A model generated the notes under the pieces. That model was not told the origin of the DNA, made no database searches, and saw nothing but the letters and a program-made list of their open reading frames with translations. A stretch of 64,000 bases of DNA from Eledone cirrhosa. Taxonomy: Eukaryota. Positions 1-12,774 of this stretch are shown here, piece after piece; position 1 is the first letter of the stretch, and every line of letters starts with the position of its first letter. The translations under genes and the position numbers were made by a program. The stretch lies in NCBI GenBank assembly GCA_964016885.1, contig OZ024742.1:229214001-229278000 (forward strand). The letters are read 5' to 3'.

Positions 1-182
1 ATAGGAAAATGTATGACCCCGACGGCAGAGCTCAAGCCGTTTCGACGGCTATTTATAGCCGTCGAAACGGCTTTAGCTCTGCCGTCGCGGTCAAACATTT
101 TTCTATTGCCCACTCCACTACCCTAAGTATTGAGTACTCTGGTGTGTTATGGTCCATCTCGTTCCTTACCACTCTTCCTTCG

Positions 183-184
<2 letters not shown>
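1..184 (+). mobile_element. Fold-back element family A, copy 1 (PLE pLTR-like; carries the 3' half of a hammerhead)
   Basis: Near-perfect palindrome 1-106 centred at ~53, then a ~78-nt tail running into (TA)n. Contains GAAA-CGGC..GCCG-TC at 64-86. Five other copies in the window. Confidence 0.75.
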
Positions 185-273
<89 letters not shown>

Positions 274-885
274 TTTGTGTGTGTGATTATGAATGTAAGT
301 ATACATACATATATATATACATACATACATATATATATATATAAAGAATAAAATTAAAACACATGATACTGGATTATAACAGCATTACATTTTATACACA
401 TTTAATCATTTTAAAATATTGTAATAATTCAGTATTCTGCAAATTGTAAATAGGACTTTGAATATAATGATAATTATTGAAACAGCAAATGAAATTTTCT
501 ATAAAAATAAATTGGTCTGTGTTTATTTAATATTACTTACGAGTTTATGTCTAAAATTTGATATCAATCTATAATTTATGGCAGAAATTAAACGATACAA
601 ATTTATAAAAAAACCTGTTCGATAATAACTTTGTTAACTTTTAATTGTATCACAAGTAAGATGCTAGAAAATGTTATACATGTTATGCGCTAGTTACTGT
701 AATACTATTTATATTACTAAATTATAAACAGATATTTCTTAAGTAATTTACTTTCTCTAGTAGGGAAAAAAATGGTTGAATATTGATTCATATTTAGTAT
801 AGATAGCAGCTTCATTATACATATATCTATAGCATAGAATCTTCTATTACTAACATTTAAATATGATATAATTGATTATTGAGAA

Positions 886-1140
886 GGGACATGGTTTAAT
901 GGGTTAAGGTGTTCCGTTCACGTTTGTAAGAACATAAGTTCTGTTCTCGGTAGCACATTCTGTCCTTGAACAAGACACTTTATTTCACGTTGTTCCATTC
1001 CACTCAGCTGGTAAAAACGAATTGTACCACCTCTAATTCAAAGAGCCCGCCTTGTTACACACTGTGTCACGATGAATCATTCTGAGAACTATGTTACGGG
1101 TGCATGTGTCTCAGGAATGTTCAGCCATTTGCTGTTCCGT
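886..1140 (+). mobile_element. tRNA-derived SINE, second family (degenerate)
   Basis: A-box-like head TGGTTTAATGG and body TGTCCTTGAACAAGACACTTTATTTCACGTTG, shared with 40411 and 42345. Confidence 0.6.
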
Positions 1141-1194
1141 TGTTACCATAACTGTGACACTCGTCATCAGAGGTCCAAAAAAAAGTTGATTGTA

Positions 1195-1500
1195 TCTTCT
1201 TGTGACGGTAAACTCTGCTAGTTGTAGACTGCGCATCAACATGATATATTTTTTCCTACAAAGTTCGATCACCAGCAGCAGAGTTTAAAGAGCAAAGATC
1301 AAGTCCAGTCCATAAGTTGACATTATCAAGCCATCATTATGGCTGACGGCCTCTGCTTCGATTACCAGGCAACCTTCTTTCCAGGAATATAGAATACCTT
1401 TCGATATAGAATACCATTTTTAACGATTTCTTTCATATATTTGACATTTCCCAAGTTGTTGTTCACCTCCAACAGAAACCTTTGGAATGTCCTGGTTTAT
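1195..1500 (-). mobile_element. RTE-like LINE 3' fragment (degraded)
   Basis: The reverse complement of 1230-1390 aligns by eye with the 3' end of the LINE at 8990-9140 (..GGCTTGATAATGTCAACTTATG..GATCGAACTTT..). Confidence 0.55.
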
Positions 1501-1719
1501 GTTACCTTCTGGTGGAGTTCAACGAATAGTAGTCAGCTTTGCTATGTCTGTCTGGTGTTATAGTAGATGGTATGAACTGAAATACTTCGCTGTTACTTCA
1601 TTTCTTTCCGTTCCGCTTTGCATCTATAGTATTAAAGCTGGTATATCTGTAGCGTAAGGAGTCTGCCAAGCTGGAGAGGGGGTGGCAAGTGTGTGGGAGT
1701 AGGAGAGGATGAAAGATAG

Positions 1720-1840
1720 ATATTACGCAATTTACAATTGCACATCCTCAGCAGGTTAACGCTGTTCATACTAGCGTGTACTGCTCCGATAATAAATCTA
1801 GCTGTCCTACGCTGTCATGAAACGTGACCTGTAAAAATAC
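1720..1840. repeat. Dispersed ~120-bp repeat, second copy at 3642-3787
   Basis: Both sites share CCTCAGCAGGTTAAC...CATACTAGCGTGTA.TGCTCCGATAATAAATCT.GC.GTCCTAC. Confidence 0.7.
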
Positions 1841-3236
1841 ATATATACGAGTGCAGTGCTGTGATTATTTCTTCTATCTTTCGCTTTGTCCCTTTTTCTC
1901 TTTCTGTTTCCTTTCGGTTGTATTCCAGCCTGGGGAGTGATGGGCTTCTTCAAGTTTTTATATATCCAAGATACGGCACGTGTCAGGACTGCGCTTCTAT
2001 GGCTTTATAAATTTTCTGTGGCTGGTGTAAACCACATTGCGAGGTTACACACCTCACAGCATTTAATTACTAAGAATAATAATTAATGCATGAAATGTAT
2101 GAATTACCTATATATGACCCTCCAAATGAATATTCACTTCAATTCACTTTCCTTTTGAACCGCCATGGCCTACGCAGCGTTTCAAGATGAGTCTGTGTAC
2201 CATCTCTTTCAATTCCCAGCTATCAAGAGACAGACCATCAAATGTCGTGAAATCTTTATGCATCTGCTCCATGGTATTATCCGTCCGTTTTCTTCTACAG
2301 ACGTCTATATTTTTTCCATGAATTTTTACTTGGAGTATGATCATAATCAATACATCAGATCTTGTTAAGTGACTGTACTCTCTATTTTTCCATTTTCTAC
2401 CGTGGTTAGCAATTCTTCGCACTTTTGCGCGTGATATGTACCAAATATCAACAATTAATCATAGAAGAACACCTCGAAATTAGCAGAGGTCTGAAGGACT
2501 TAAGACAACCTTATCATAATTATGTTTATGATGATGATAATCGTCACAGAAACTTTATGTTGATATGTTTTTATATTGACGTCGATAAATATTTGAACCT
2601 AATGTGTTGTGTATTCGGAAAACATCACAAACAATTAATAAATGTAAAAAAAACAAAAAAACAAAAACGACCAACAAAAACAAAAACAAAACAAGAAAAA
2701 CAAGAAACGAAAGTAAAACGAAAATAAAACGAAGAGACATGAGTAATAAAACTGTTAACTGCTTGGGGTTTTGTCATGGGTAGAGTCTGGAAAGAATTTC
2801 TGTAACAATCGCACTAAATAGATTTGGAGCAAAATTTAATTTTCCCCTCCTTTGTAAATGAGTTTGGGAACATTTCGATTTGTTATTGCTTCAAGCATAT
2901 ATTTGACATTTCTTCCACTTTGTTATGTTATTTTTGTATTTATATTTATCGAAACGCAAATTTCACGAGTTTTAAATTGGTTTGCTGATAGGAATTTTGT
3001 TAAATTTATAATATTTGTCGTTACTAATTATTTTCTCACTAGAAACTTCGATGCCTTTGCTGAGCTAAATCATATTTGACTTGAATAGAAGCGAAAGTTG
3101 TTGGGGTGGTTGTTATGGTTGTTATTTTTTAACGCATTGCTGGAATGTTTCGTCGTATTTATTAACAAAAGAAAACTCATAACTGAATTCTACAGTAGGT
3201 TACTGAAAGTTACGTTGGAATATATCGAGTATATAT

Positions 3237-3340
<104 letters not shown>

Positions 3341-4108
3341 AAGTATATGTATTTATGTATACATATTTATACATGTATATACACGGTTTACGAAAGTCAC
3401 TGATGTTATTTCAATGGTCTCCTTCCATGTCTCACTCAATGAGACAATAAGATTACAGCTGTGAAACTGCATCTTGATGTTTAGAGTGCACACATAATAG
3501 TTATATAGTGAGTACAGTGACTATATTTAGGTAAAGATACGTTACGTATTTAGCTCCTAGACGGATTCCATTTCTGTGAAATATTCCACCCAACAACAAT
3601 TATTAAAAGTGTAGTTGTAGAAATTGCGCATTATTAGCATATATTACGCAATTGGGCAATTACACGTCCTCAGCAGGTTAACACCCAACTCAATACATAG
3701 GTCTTTAGTGTGTACATACTAGCGTGTAGTGCTCCGATAATAAATCTGGCAGTCCTACACTATCATGACATGTGACCTCTAAAAATAGAGGAAGTCCATT
3801 ATGTGAGAAAAAACACGTTCTGGTAAATACAAAATATGCAATTCCCGCCAATATAGAAGTCAACCAGTGATACACGCATGTAAATGCTGACTAATAATAC
3901 AAAATCGAACATTCAATATTCAATATATAAACAATACAAAGAAATATGGAAAATCTCTAACCTCTAAACTATATAACATTGAAAAATAGACCAAAGACCC
4001 TTATCTGTTTTCTTATTCGAAAACAATTTCTTTGTAAACTATATATATACATATACATACAATCATATATGTATACATATATATAGTAGTAGAACACTGG
4101 AAGGTAAT

Positions 4109-5134
4109 ATGCGTAGTGGTAGAGCACTCAGTCCATGGGACGAGTTAGGACTTAGGATAACAGTATCTACCAACCTCTCTAGCGTAGATTTCTTAGACAT
4201 TAATTTAGACCTTCGCACACACACCTGCAGACCCTTCCATAAGCTAAACGAAAAACTCAATTACATTCACAAGGACTCATGCCACCCTCCCACTGTTTTT
4301 AGAAACTTCGTAAATAATATCAGTACTAGAACCTCAAACCTCTCCTCTAATAAGGCTATCTTTGACAGGGCGGCACCCTACTATAACACGGCGTTAGCTA
4401 ACAGCGGCTTCTCCCAACCTATCACATACTCTCCCACTATCAACAACAGCAATAAGAAAAGTAAGCGCAACAATAGACAAACTATCTGGTTCTCTCCTCC
4501 TTTCTCACTCAACGTTAAAACCAATCTAGGCAAAACATTTCTAGCCCTCTTAGATAGACACTTTCCCATAGGTCATAAATACCGCTCCATCTTTAACCGA
4601 CACAAAGTAAAACTAGGATATTCCTGCGTTAAGAACATGAAGGCCCACATCACCAACAACCCTAAGATCAACACCCCACCAGAGTGCTCTTACGGTAAGC
4701 CCGAAGCTTGTCCACTTCAACAGCAATGCAACAGACCCGCTGTAGATTATAAAGCTGTGGTCACTTCCAACCGACCAAATCAACCACAGGAGGTCAAATT
4801 CTATGTGGGTGTGGCGGAGGGCCGATTTAAGGAACGCTTCCTGAACCACCAGTCGACCTTTAGGTACCCGGACAGACGTTCATCCACGAAACTCGCGAGC
4901 CACGTATGGTCCCTCAAGGACTCAAGTATAGACTACTCCATTCAATGGAAAGCCATTACTAAGTCCAAGCCATACGCCAGGGGAAATCCTTCGTGTGGAC
5001 TATGTATTGATGAACGAATAAATATTCTAAAGAGATTATGCAATAGCGATTGCCTTAACACGAGAAATGAATTCTTCACACGTTGTCCACACGTCTCGAA
5101 ACACCTCTTACGTAACTACAACTTTCCGAATTAA
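4109..5134 (+). CDS. PLE RT thumb + GIY-YIG endonuclease (N-terminally truncated, open frame)
   Basis: RT motif E VDFLDINLDL; YIHKDSCHPP; IWFSPPFS..KTNLGK.FL.LLDRHFP; Cys linker CSY..PEACPL..QC; GIY-YIG motifs YKA..FYVG..EG.FKERF.NH..TF, LASHVW.LK, CGLC.DE..I and LNTRNE..CPH. Confidence 0.88.
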   Translation: MRSGRALSPWDELGLRITVSTNLSSVDFLDINLDLRTHTCRPFHKLNEKLNYIHKDSCHPPTVFRNFVNNISTRTSNLSSNKAIFDRAAPYYNTALANSGFSQPITYSPTINNSNKKSKRNNRQTIWFSPPFSLNVKTNLGKTFLALLDRHFPIGHKYRSIFNRHKVKLGYSCVKNMKAHITNNPKINTPPECSYGKPEACPLQQQCNRPAVDYKAVVTSNRPNQPQEVKFYVGVAEGRFKERFLNHQSTFRYPDRRSSTKLASHVWSLKDSSIDYSIQWKAITKSKPYARGNPSCGLCIDERINILKRLCNSDCLNTRNEFFTRCPHVSKHLLRNYNFPN

Positions 5135-5303
5135 ATTACAACAACACCCTAATGTTCTTATCAACTAGAAACTTTTCGGGCTTTCGCAGTTATCTCCCTT
5201 ACACCTCTCGCACGCATTTTAGTATTGCCTTTGTGAAGTGACCGTTTCTGCACATGCACGTTCGTACGCTTGTCGTTCCTGTTCCATATAACCATGTCTA
5301 TTA

Positions 5304-5341
5304 CGAGCTGAGGATCCGCTAGAGTGAAACAATTGTTCTCG
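5304..5341 (+). ncRNA. Type I minimal hammerhead ribozyme motif in the PLE 3' end
   Basis: CGAG-CTGAGGA-tccgctagagt-GAAA-CAATTG-TT-CTCG. Stem I CGAG/CTCG, palindromic stem III AACAATTGTT, GUU site. Stem II is weak. Confidence 0.65.
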
Positions 5342-5400
5342 GTATGGTGTACAAACTGTTGTGTAACCACTTGTATATATATATATATATTTTTTTTTTG

Positions 5401-5436
<36 letters not shown>

Positions 5437-5439
<3 letters not shown>

Positions 5440-5682
5440 AAAATGAGATTTATCTTAATAAAAAAAGGGAGGTCCTACACGAATGAAAATATAAGGTAAG
5501 GAAATTGAAAATGCAACTGTGGGCTTATTAAGAGTATTTATTTATTTCCTTTACCATCTGCGAGAAAAACCACAAACCCTCCATCTCAATTGTACTTTTG
5601 AAAAGCATAAGAACTGTGAAACCCGTAAAGGAAACAAATAAATAATCTTAATAAGACTCCAGTTGCATTTTCGATTTCTTTT

Positions 5683-5687
<5 letters not shown>
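5437..5687. mobile_element. Fold-back element family B copy with degenerate HHR (5595-5630)
   Basis: Inverted arms GAAAATGCAACTG / CAGTTGCATTTTC between (TA)n tracts. Homologous to 16971-17182 and 18607-18966. Confidence 0.75.
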
Positions 5688-5746
<59 letters not shown>

Positions 5747-5750
<4 letters not shown>

Positions 5751-5922
5751 TCTAATTTTGGCACACGGCCAGCAATTATCCAGTGCATTACTGGTACTTT
5801 ATTTTATCGACCCCGTAAGCATGAAACGCAAAGTTAATCTCGACAGGATTTGAACTCAGATCGTAAAGAGATGTAACCATGCTGGAAAGCATGGCGTCCG
5901 ACCCTCTACCGATATTGCCAAT
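5747..5922 (-). mobile_element. tRNA-derived Meta-type SINE
   Basis: Diagnostic ACTGGTACTTTATTTTATCGACCCCG..GAAA.GCAAAG..GGATTTGAACTC; B box GAGTTCAAATCC on the minus strand. Confidence 0.8.
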
Positions 5923-6371
5923 ATTATAGAGGGAAATGACAGGAGGTTAAATTTCCTTAATTTATTTCTGCAAAGTTTATGCACATTTCAGTGGTCAGGT
6001 TGCGTAAGAACCCGGTATCATCTTCAGGTGTAAATTGCGTAATAGATGTATACCAACGGAATGATGGTAAACTTTAAGGAAACAAGTAAAGGAAAAAAAG
6101 AGAAAAAAAAGTGTGTTTATGTTTTTGACCCAGAGACGAACGAAGTAGCATGTTGTTACAATGCCTCGCCACCTCTGAGTAAGGTTATCTCCTGTCATTT
6201 CACTTTACAATAGATTTACTCTATTCCTGCACCACCAGCATCATTCAACATCAAAGATGGATGCGTTGCATAACCTCGAGTGCTTTTATTATATTATGTT
6301 ACGGTTAACATTCCAGATTGACCAATTATACCCAGTGGTAAACCACCACATTTAAACGTATATATATATAT

Positions 6372-6846
6372 ATTGTTATACTTGGGGAGGGTCATATTAT
6401 TATAATATTGCCGGAAATAATAACTGCTTGGTTTGGGTTGGTTTTCGCTTCTCGATCTTTTATATCTACATAGCTAATGTATTTGGCAATCAATGTATAC
6501 CATTGATTGACCAGCGGTCAATCAATGATAAACATTGATTGCCAAACATAAAATACAGATATAAATATATACAGATATAAATATATATATACTATTAAAG
6601 TTCTTTCGTCGTACATCTGCGACATCATCAGCGATACTATTATGTTTCCTCCCATTTTATTGTAATTTCTACGCCATTTATATTTTATTTATTTATTTAT
6701 TTCTTCTTGTCTCTGTCTCTGCGCATGCGTTTGCGTGTGTGTATAATGTTTGGTGTGTGTGCTCGCGTTTGAGTGTATGTGTTTTTGTTTTTGTATTCTA
6801 TCTTTGTGCACAAGTGTGTGTTTATATATGTTTGTTGTTATTCTAC

Positions 6847-6924
<78 letters not shown>

Positions 6925-7111
6925 TTATTTACTTATTTGTATTTCCCCTAAGTCAGTATACATATATATATATATACTGACTTAAGGGAAATACAAATAA
7001 GTAAATAAATAAATATATATATATATATATATACATGTAGAATAACAACAAACATATAAACACACACTAGTGCACAAAGATAGAATACAAAAACAAAAAC
7101 ACATACACTCA
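6372..7111 (-). mobile_element. Family C PLE 3' end (pLTR with HHR at 6593-6636) plus fold-back centred at ~6965
   Basis: Begins ATTGTTATACTTGGGGAGGGTCAT, as at 52964. 6770-6958 is inverted at 6973-7111. Minus-strand CTGATGA-T-GTCGCA-gatg-TACGAC-GAAAGAACTT. Confidence 0.75.
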
Positions 7112-7132
7112 TATGTATATATATATACATAC

Positions 7133-7216
<84 letters not shown>

Positions 7217-7259
7217 TGATTATTTTGTATTAATTTTGAAAGAAAGTAAATAAAACAAA

Positions 7260-9170
7260 CTCAACATACACCAAGAGACGGCGCACTAACTTTAACTGTC
7301 AAACAATGAGACTCCTCGCATAAATGAAGTGGATTTCTTGGGTAACACAACGTGCGCATCACTAGTACATGACCATGAACCTATATCGGACAGACTAGCC
7401 GTTATGAGCTTGTTGGGTATGTTTTGTAAATATATACTTATCCGGTGCTATTTTCCTGCGTCTACACATCCAGAAGAATAAATCAACGAGCTTTAAGACA
7501 ATACATAGGCATATATAGAAGAGACACCAAAGAGAGTTTTATTTTATGGGTGACTTTAACTGTAAGTTTGGGAAACTGAATCAATCATTCCCATCAATTA
7601 ATGGAAAATATACCGCAGGTACATTTAACTCAAGAAGTGAGTTTCTTCTAGCACAGTTTCGTACGAAGAACAATCTGCAGATCACCAACATAATATTTCA
7701 AAAGAAAAATCTATTCATTTGGATATTGCCAGACAGTTGAACTAAGAATCAAATCGACGTTTTCACAGCAAGATTAAGGATATTAGACAGCACTGCTCTT
7801 AACACTTCTGATATATCTGACCATCGTATCGTGCGCACAAGATTTCGTATCAAGTTGTTTGACCACAAATAACTAAAATAACATTGAAAGTTAACTTAGA
7901 TAAAATCTAATGTAACGAAACAGCAGGCTAGTTCAAATTTGAGTTGCAAAACCGCGTTTCAGCTTTGCAATCTGATGAAGACTCTGACAAGATTTATGAT
8001 ACTATCTGCAGCGGCATAAAATAGGTATCTGAAGAGATTTTATCCCAAGAAAGCTTTTTCATTCCACTGTGGATATCACAATAAACAAAGAAAGCAATAT
8101 CTGAAAACATAGAATCAGAAGACAATGTGACCATACATCAGCTCAATATATAATAGTGAAGAATGAATCCAAGAAACTTCTTAAATCAGACAAAATTAAG
8201 CAAATGTACAGCAATATTGAAGAGTTGAATAACCTGCCACCTCACAGGTTATAAAAAGCCCTGACATGTTCAAGAAAGCCTTGATATTTGTACTCTACAA
8301 AAAATGTTGCAGACTTGATTATGGGAACTATCGTACTATCAGACTACTGAGTCATATTTACAAGCTTTACAAGAGTATCATTGCAGCACGAGTGAAGTGT
8401 GATCTGTATGCCTGATTTCCTGAAACAAGCTGTGTGTCAACCTGGAAGAGGCTCCATTGAACAGATCCAAGCGATTGAGATATCCAAAAACGAAGTATAA
8501 TGACAACTGATGAAAACAATGCCAATTTCCAACTCACAATCTACAACCAGAAAATTGCTCAAGTTACGGAGTTTGTATATCTCGGTCACAAGCTCTCATC
8601 AATGGAATGGTTGCTGTGCTGTATCGCATCCTTCTGAATTGGTCAGCTTTCAACAGGAACAAAGAAGTGCTAACATCAAAATAAGTTTCTTATCACTTGA
8701 AGACTAAGATCGTTAACGCTTACATACTACTAGGTGTTACACTTACATCCTACCATTTGGTTTTTATTATTCTGACTGGACGACAGAGGTCATTTCAGAA
8801 GCTCTCTACATTCCAGAACCCCATTATGAGACTTATGACTAACAAACGACTCAGCGACCATATCTCTATCAAAGAGCTACGCAATATTACCAAGCTTAAA
8901 CCAATAACATCAGTTATCAAGACGAGAGTATATAATCTACATGGTCATATCAAAAGATCAACTCATGGTGTAAGTTATGTATAGAAGGAAAGTTAGCCGG
9001 AAAGACAAGCAAAGGTCGACAGCCAAAACGCTGGCTTGGTAATGTCAACTTATGAATTGATCTTGACTTTTGCTTTTTAAAATCTGCTGTGGCTGATCGA
9101 ACTTTTTGGAGAAGAATATCTCGTTAGTGTGTACTCTGCAACAGGCCGATTGAGCGTCTAGGAGAAGAAG
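7260..9170 (+). mobile_element. Degraded RTE-clade LINE (APE endonuclease and RT remnants)
   Basis: MGDFNCKFG..GKY..G.FN..NNLQITN..FQKK..W..PD..KNQID; NYRTIRLLSHIYKL; KGRQPKRWL. Many stops and frameshifts. GAA-rich tail. Confidence 0.8.
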
Positions 9171-9837
9171 AATAAAATGTCATGTAGTGATTCTTTGTTC
9201 AGCAATATTTTTCTGCAGCTGCTACAGTAGTTAAGGAAAACTACATACTAGAATCATGTTCACTTCTATACTAATATAACAATACTGAGTTTCAATAATT
9301 GTCATTGCCCTGATAAATGCTAACATGGTGAACTCGTTTAAATACGACTCTTGAATTTGTAACATTCTATATAATTCTATTTGTACATATTTCCCTTCAC
9401 ACTTATACCTACGAAATATTAGAAGGGCAAAAAACCGAAACCATTTGAAATCCCCCATTGCCTATGTCCACGGAATGCTCCTCTTTTCCTCCGCTAAACT
9501 CGGATGAAGTATTCACGCCTGAGAAAAGAGCCATTCAAGTTAGAATAGAGTATGTAGCAGATATCGCTGGTTTTCTCTGACGCAATGCTTCCGACATATT
9601 GTACACATCTAAAATATACCGTCCAGTCAAGGAAGTACAGTTTGGCTCTTAATATTTTTTGCTTCCTTTCATTTTCTTTCTTCGCAGATTGCAAAGGAAA
9701 AGAAAGGGAAGGACGATTAACACTTGATGGAGACGTAGGCGTGCCGTCGTAGGCATTTTTAACCTGTTAGAGCCTATCCCTTTCTAGGTCTGAACACAGC
9801 TGATTTCTGCAAGAAAGAGAGAGCGAGCGAGCGAGAA

Positions 9838-9886
<49 letters not shown>

Positions 9887-9891
9887 GACAC

Positions 9892-9937
<46 letters not shown>

Positions 9938-9984
9938 TGGGAATGCGAGAAAAAGTGATAAAAAGAAGCAGAGGAAAATCGGTC

Positions 9985-10110
9985 CCAATACTGAACTGGT
10001 ACTTATTTATCGACTTTGAAAGTATGTAATGCAATGTTGACCTCCGTAGAATTTGAACTCTGTGCACAGTGAGCCAGAAAATTATTGTAAAATATTTAAC
10101 CTGAAACTGT
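9985..10110 (-). mobile_element. Meta-type SINE fragment
   Basis: ACTGGTACTTATTTATCGAC..AGAATTTGAACTC. Confidence 0.6.
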
Positions 10111-10904
10111 AACAAGTCTATCAATTCACTGCTTTAAAATACAACCAATATTCTATTCATTGTCAAATCACGTTTCTTTGTTTTTAGTGCGTACAATGAT
10201 CATTGCTTTGTAAGTTATGGCGGTAAATGACAAGCAAATAATTGCATCGCCATACCATTCTTTCTTCTCGGTTTCGCTTACAAGCAGTAAATCGCTTTCG
10301 ATATATCAAATTTTTCTTCGCAGCCATAAGCTCATGTTTCATTTTTGCCTTCTATACTTCCTTATGTATCACTTTTTTTCTGTTGACTGTCGATGATTCT
10401 TAGATTAACTTGAGAAAATTAGATATATTCCAAGACGAAATGTATGTTTAGCGTAATTTTCCGTATAGAAAATTTCTAAATATGATACTACACCCTAATA
10501 CACGCATTTGTTTCACTTGAAATAAACACACTAATTTGCAGCTCACGTAACAATTTTCTGCGGAAATAAAAATAGGAATAAGAAAATGACAAGAATAAAG
10601 CATCAACAAAGTGAAACAAAAAAATCCTCAACAGTCCTTAGCATCTTTATTTAATCAAGATTTTCTTTCTTTTCTTTTCTTTCGATAACTATGTTGTTCT
10701 AATGCATCGCCATCTTTGAGGAAGTAACGTGAAAATAATGTGCCTGAACAATAGATAAATCTTCCAAAAGGTAGAATTATTATTGACAAGCAATAAATTG
10801 TTTAGATTTCTACTTATATGCAATGCTTACCAAAACCCATGAAAAAGTCTTCGAAAAAAACCCCAAGGTTTCAGTCAGTTCGTGCGATTCTAACACTTGA
10901 CAGA

Positions 10905-11012
10905 TTCTTCTTCTTCTTTTTCTTCTTCTTCTTCTTCTTCTTCTTCTTCTTCTTCTTCTTCTTCTTCTTCTTCTTCTTCTTCTTCTTCTTCTTCTTCTTC
11001 TTCTTCTTCTTC
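10905..11012. repeat. (TTC)n microsatellite
   Basis: TTC run; source of the poly-F and poly-R ORFs. Confidence 0.97.
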
Positions 11013-11598
11013 CTCCCCCTCTCCCTCCTCCTCCTCCTGCTCCTCCTTTAGAAAATAAGATCAAATATAGAGTCTAATAGCACGGCTTTAGTACGACAAA
11101 TAGGGATACAGGTAATAGCTGATTGGTTAAAAAGAACGATTTAGCAGAACACATACTGACGCAGATACACATACACGCTCACACTTATATACGTTTAGCT
11201 GGAGACCTACAGGGTTGCATTTCAGTGGACGGTTTTAGGCTTTTTAATTATAAATTCTCTCGCCCTAGCTGGAAAGCAACGTGAAATGAAGCGTCTCGCT
11301 TAAGAACATGTGTTGCTCGCTCCAGGATACGAACCCACGAGCTTATGATCGTGAGTTCAATGCTCTAAGCACTAGGACAGACAGAAACACACATACACGC
11401 GTGCACATACGCACACATACACACACATGTGTATGTATGTGTATAGATTTTCTGTTTTATCGTAGAAAATATAAAGTTCTCAACATATACTTATTTTAGA
11501 AGAGTGTGAATCGATTCTATATATCCTTATCGTGTCGCCAGACATCTTTAGTTTAAGTGAGCTGAACGGGCTCATTATAGGTGTTGTGATTAAAGAAT

Positions 11599-11790
11599 AA
11601 TTGTTTCTACTTTTGGCACAAGGCCAGCAATTATCCCAGGGTATTACTGGTACTTTATTTTATCGACCCCATAAGGATGAAAGGCAAAAGTTAACTTCGG
11701 CGGGATTTGAACTCAGAATGGCAAGGGCCGTAACTCCATGCGTCAAAGCATGGCGTCTGACCCTCTACCGATACTGCCAATCCACCGCCC
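11599..11790 (-). mobile_element. Meta-type SINE, full length, with a partial tandem duplicate at 11794-11852
   Basis: Minus-strand head GGCGGTGGATTGGCAGTATCGG and B box GAGTTCAAATCC. GTGATTAAAGAATAATTGTTTCTACT is repeated. Confidence 0.85.
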
Positions 11791-12774
11791 TAAGTGATTA
11801 AAGAATAATTGTTTCTACTATTGGAACAAGGCCAGCAATTACCCAGTACATTACAAAAAAAAAATGAGGAGTGTGCAAGCTCTACATCCTTAGCTTGGAC
11901 TGTATATCTCATCTTTGTCTAGTGGTTAAAATAGCAGCGAAAACTGCTGTGATGAACAGCCAGCGATATCCGCTGCATTAGACTTTCCACTTCATTAGGT
12001 CCCATCATGAAATGTGATGCCCTGTTCCCAAGTTTTGGTTGGGGAAACTGGCAGTCTGGAGACTGAGAACACCGAATGTCTCAATGGCGAATACTATTTA
12101 AAATTGTGGAGCAGACAAAAAGATGGTTTTCTATTTATCATCGTTTGCATGGCAGATCTTTTGATTTCCTTGACATATTTGATTCCAACCTTTCCCGTCT
12201 AGTGGCGTTGTTATCAATTAATTATAAAAACTATTAATTATTCAGGCTGGACCATAAATCGCTTTACTATTTAAAATTTTAATAACTGTTATTCTACTTA
12301 AAATTAATTTTAAAATTTTATTTCAGATTTTGAAAATATGTTACGTGTGAATTTATCAAGGAAAAATTCTTGATGGAGCAAAAACTTGAAGTCATTATTA
12401 AATACTGAATACAAATTATAAAAAAAAAGAAGAAAGAAACCAAAAAAATATCGAGTCATTGACCACCCTGTAATAGTTATTCACTATTCATAAACATTCT
12501 TGCATTCTTTGTGATTATAAAAGCTGTCGACGTAGTGAAATATCAAATGTTTAACCAAGAAGAAAAACTCTTCATTATTTCCAATTTTTTTTCTCTCACT
12601 TTCTTTATTTCAAAGAAACGTCTTGCCTGGAAGGAATCGGGAAATCATGGGGTTCTAAATATTGTTTTATGTTTTCAATGATTAAAAAACAGTCAATATT
12701 TCACTGTACTTACGAGGTGTTTTAAGCTTAGTACTTCAATCTTAAGTTAGCGAGATGACTGAATCGCTATGGCA

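Larger units (their letters stand above)
4085..5373 (+). mobile_element. 5'-truncated Penelope-like retroelement (RT C-terminus, GIY-YIG endonuclease, 3' pLTR with HHR); Nematis-like, tentative
   Basis: Flanked by (TA)n on both sides. Contains ORF 4109-5134 and an HHR at 5304-5341. Confidence 0.9.

Noticed and set aside
1720-1760. Hammerhead in the 1720/3642 repeat (minus-strand CTGAGGA plus hairpin)
   Set aside because: GAAA is missing in both copies, and no stem I or stem III is evident.
9688-9753. Possible host exon after a strong polypyrimidine tract and CAG at 9687
   Set aside because: Only short peptides in any frame, with no recognisable homology and no supporting neighbouring exons.
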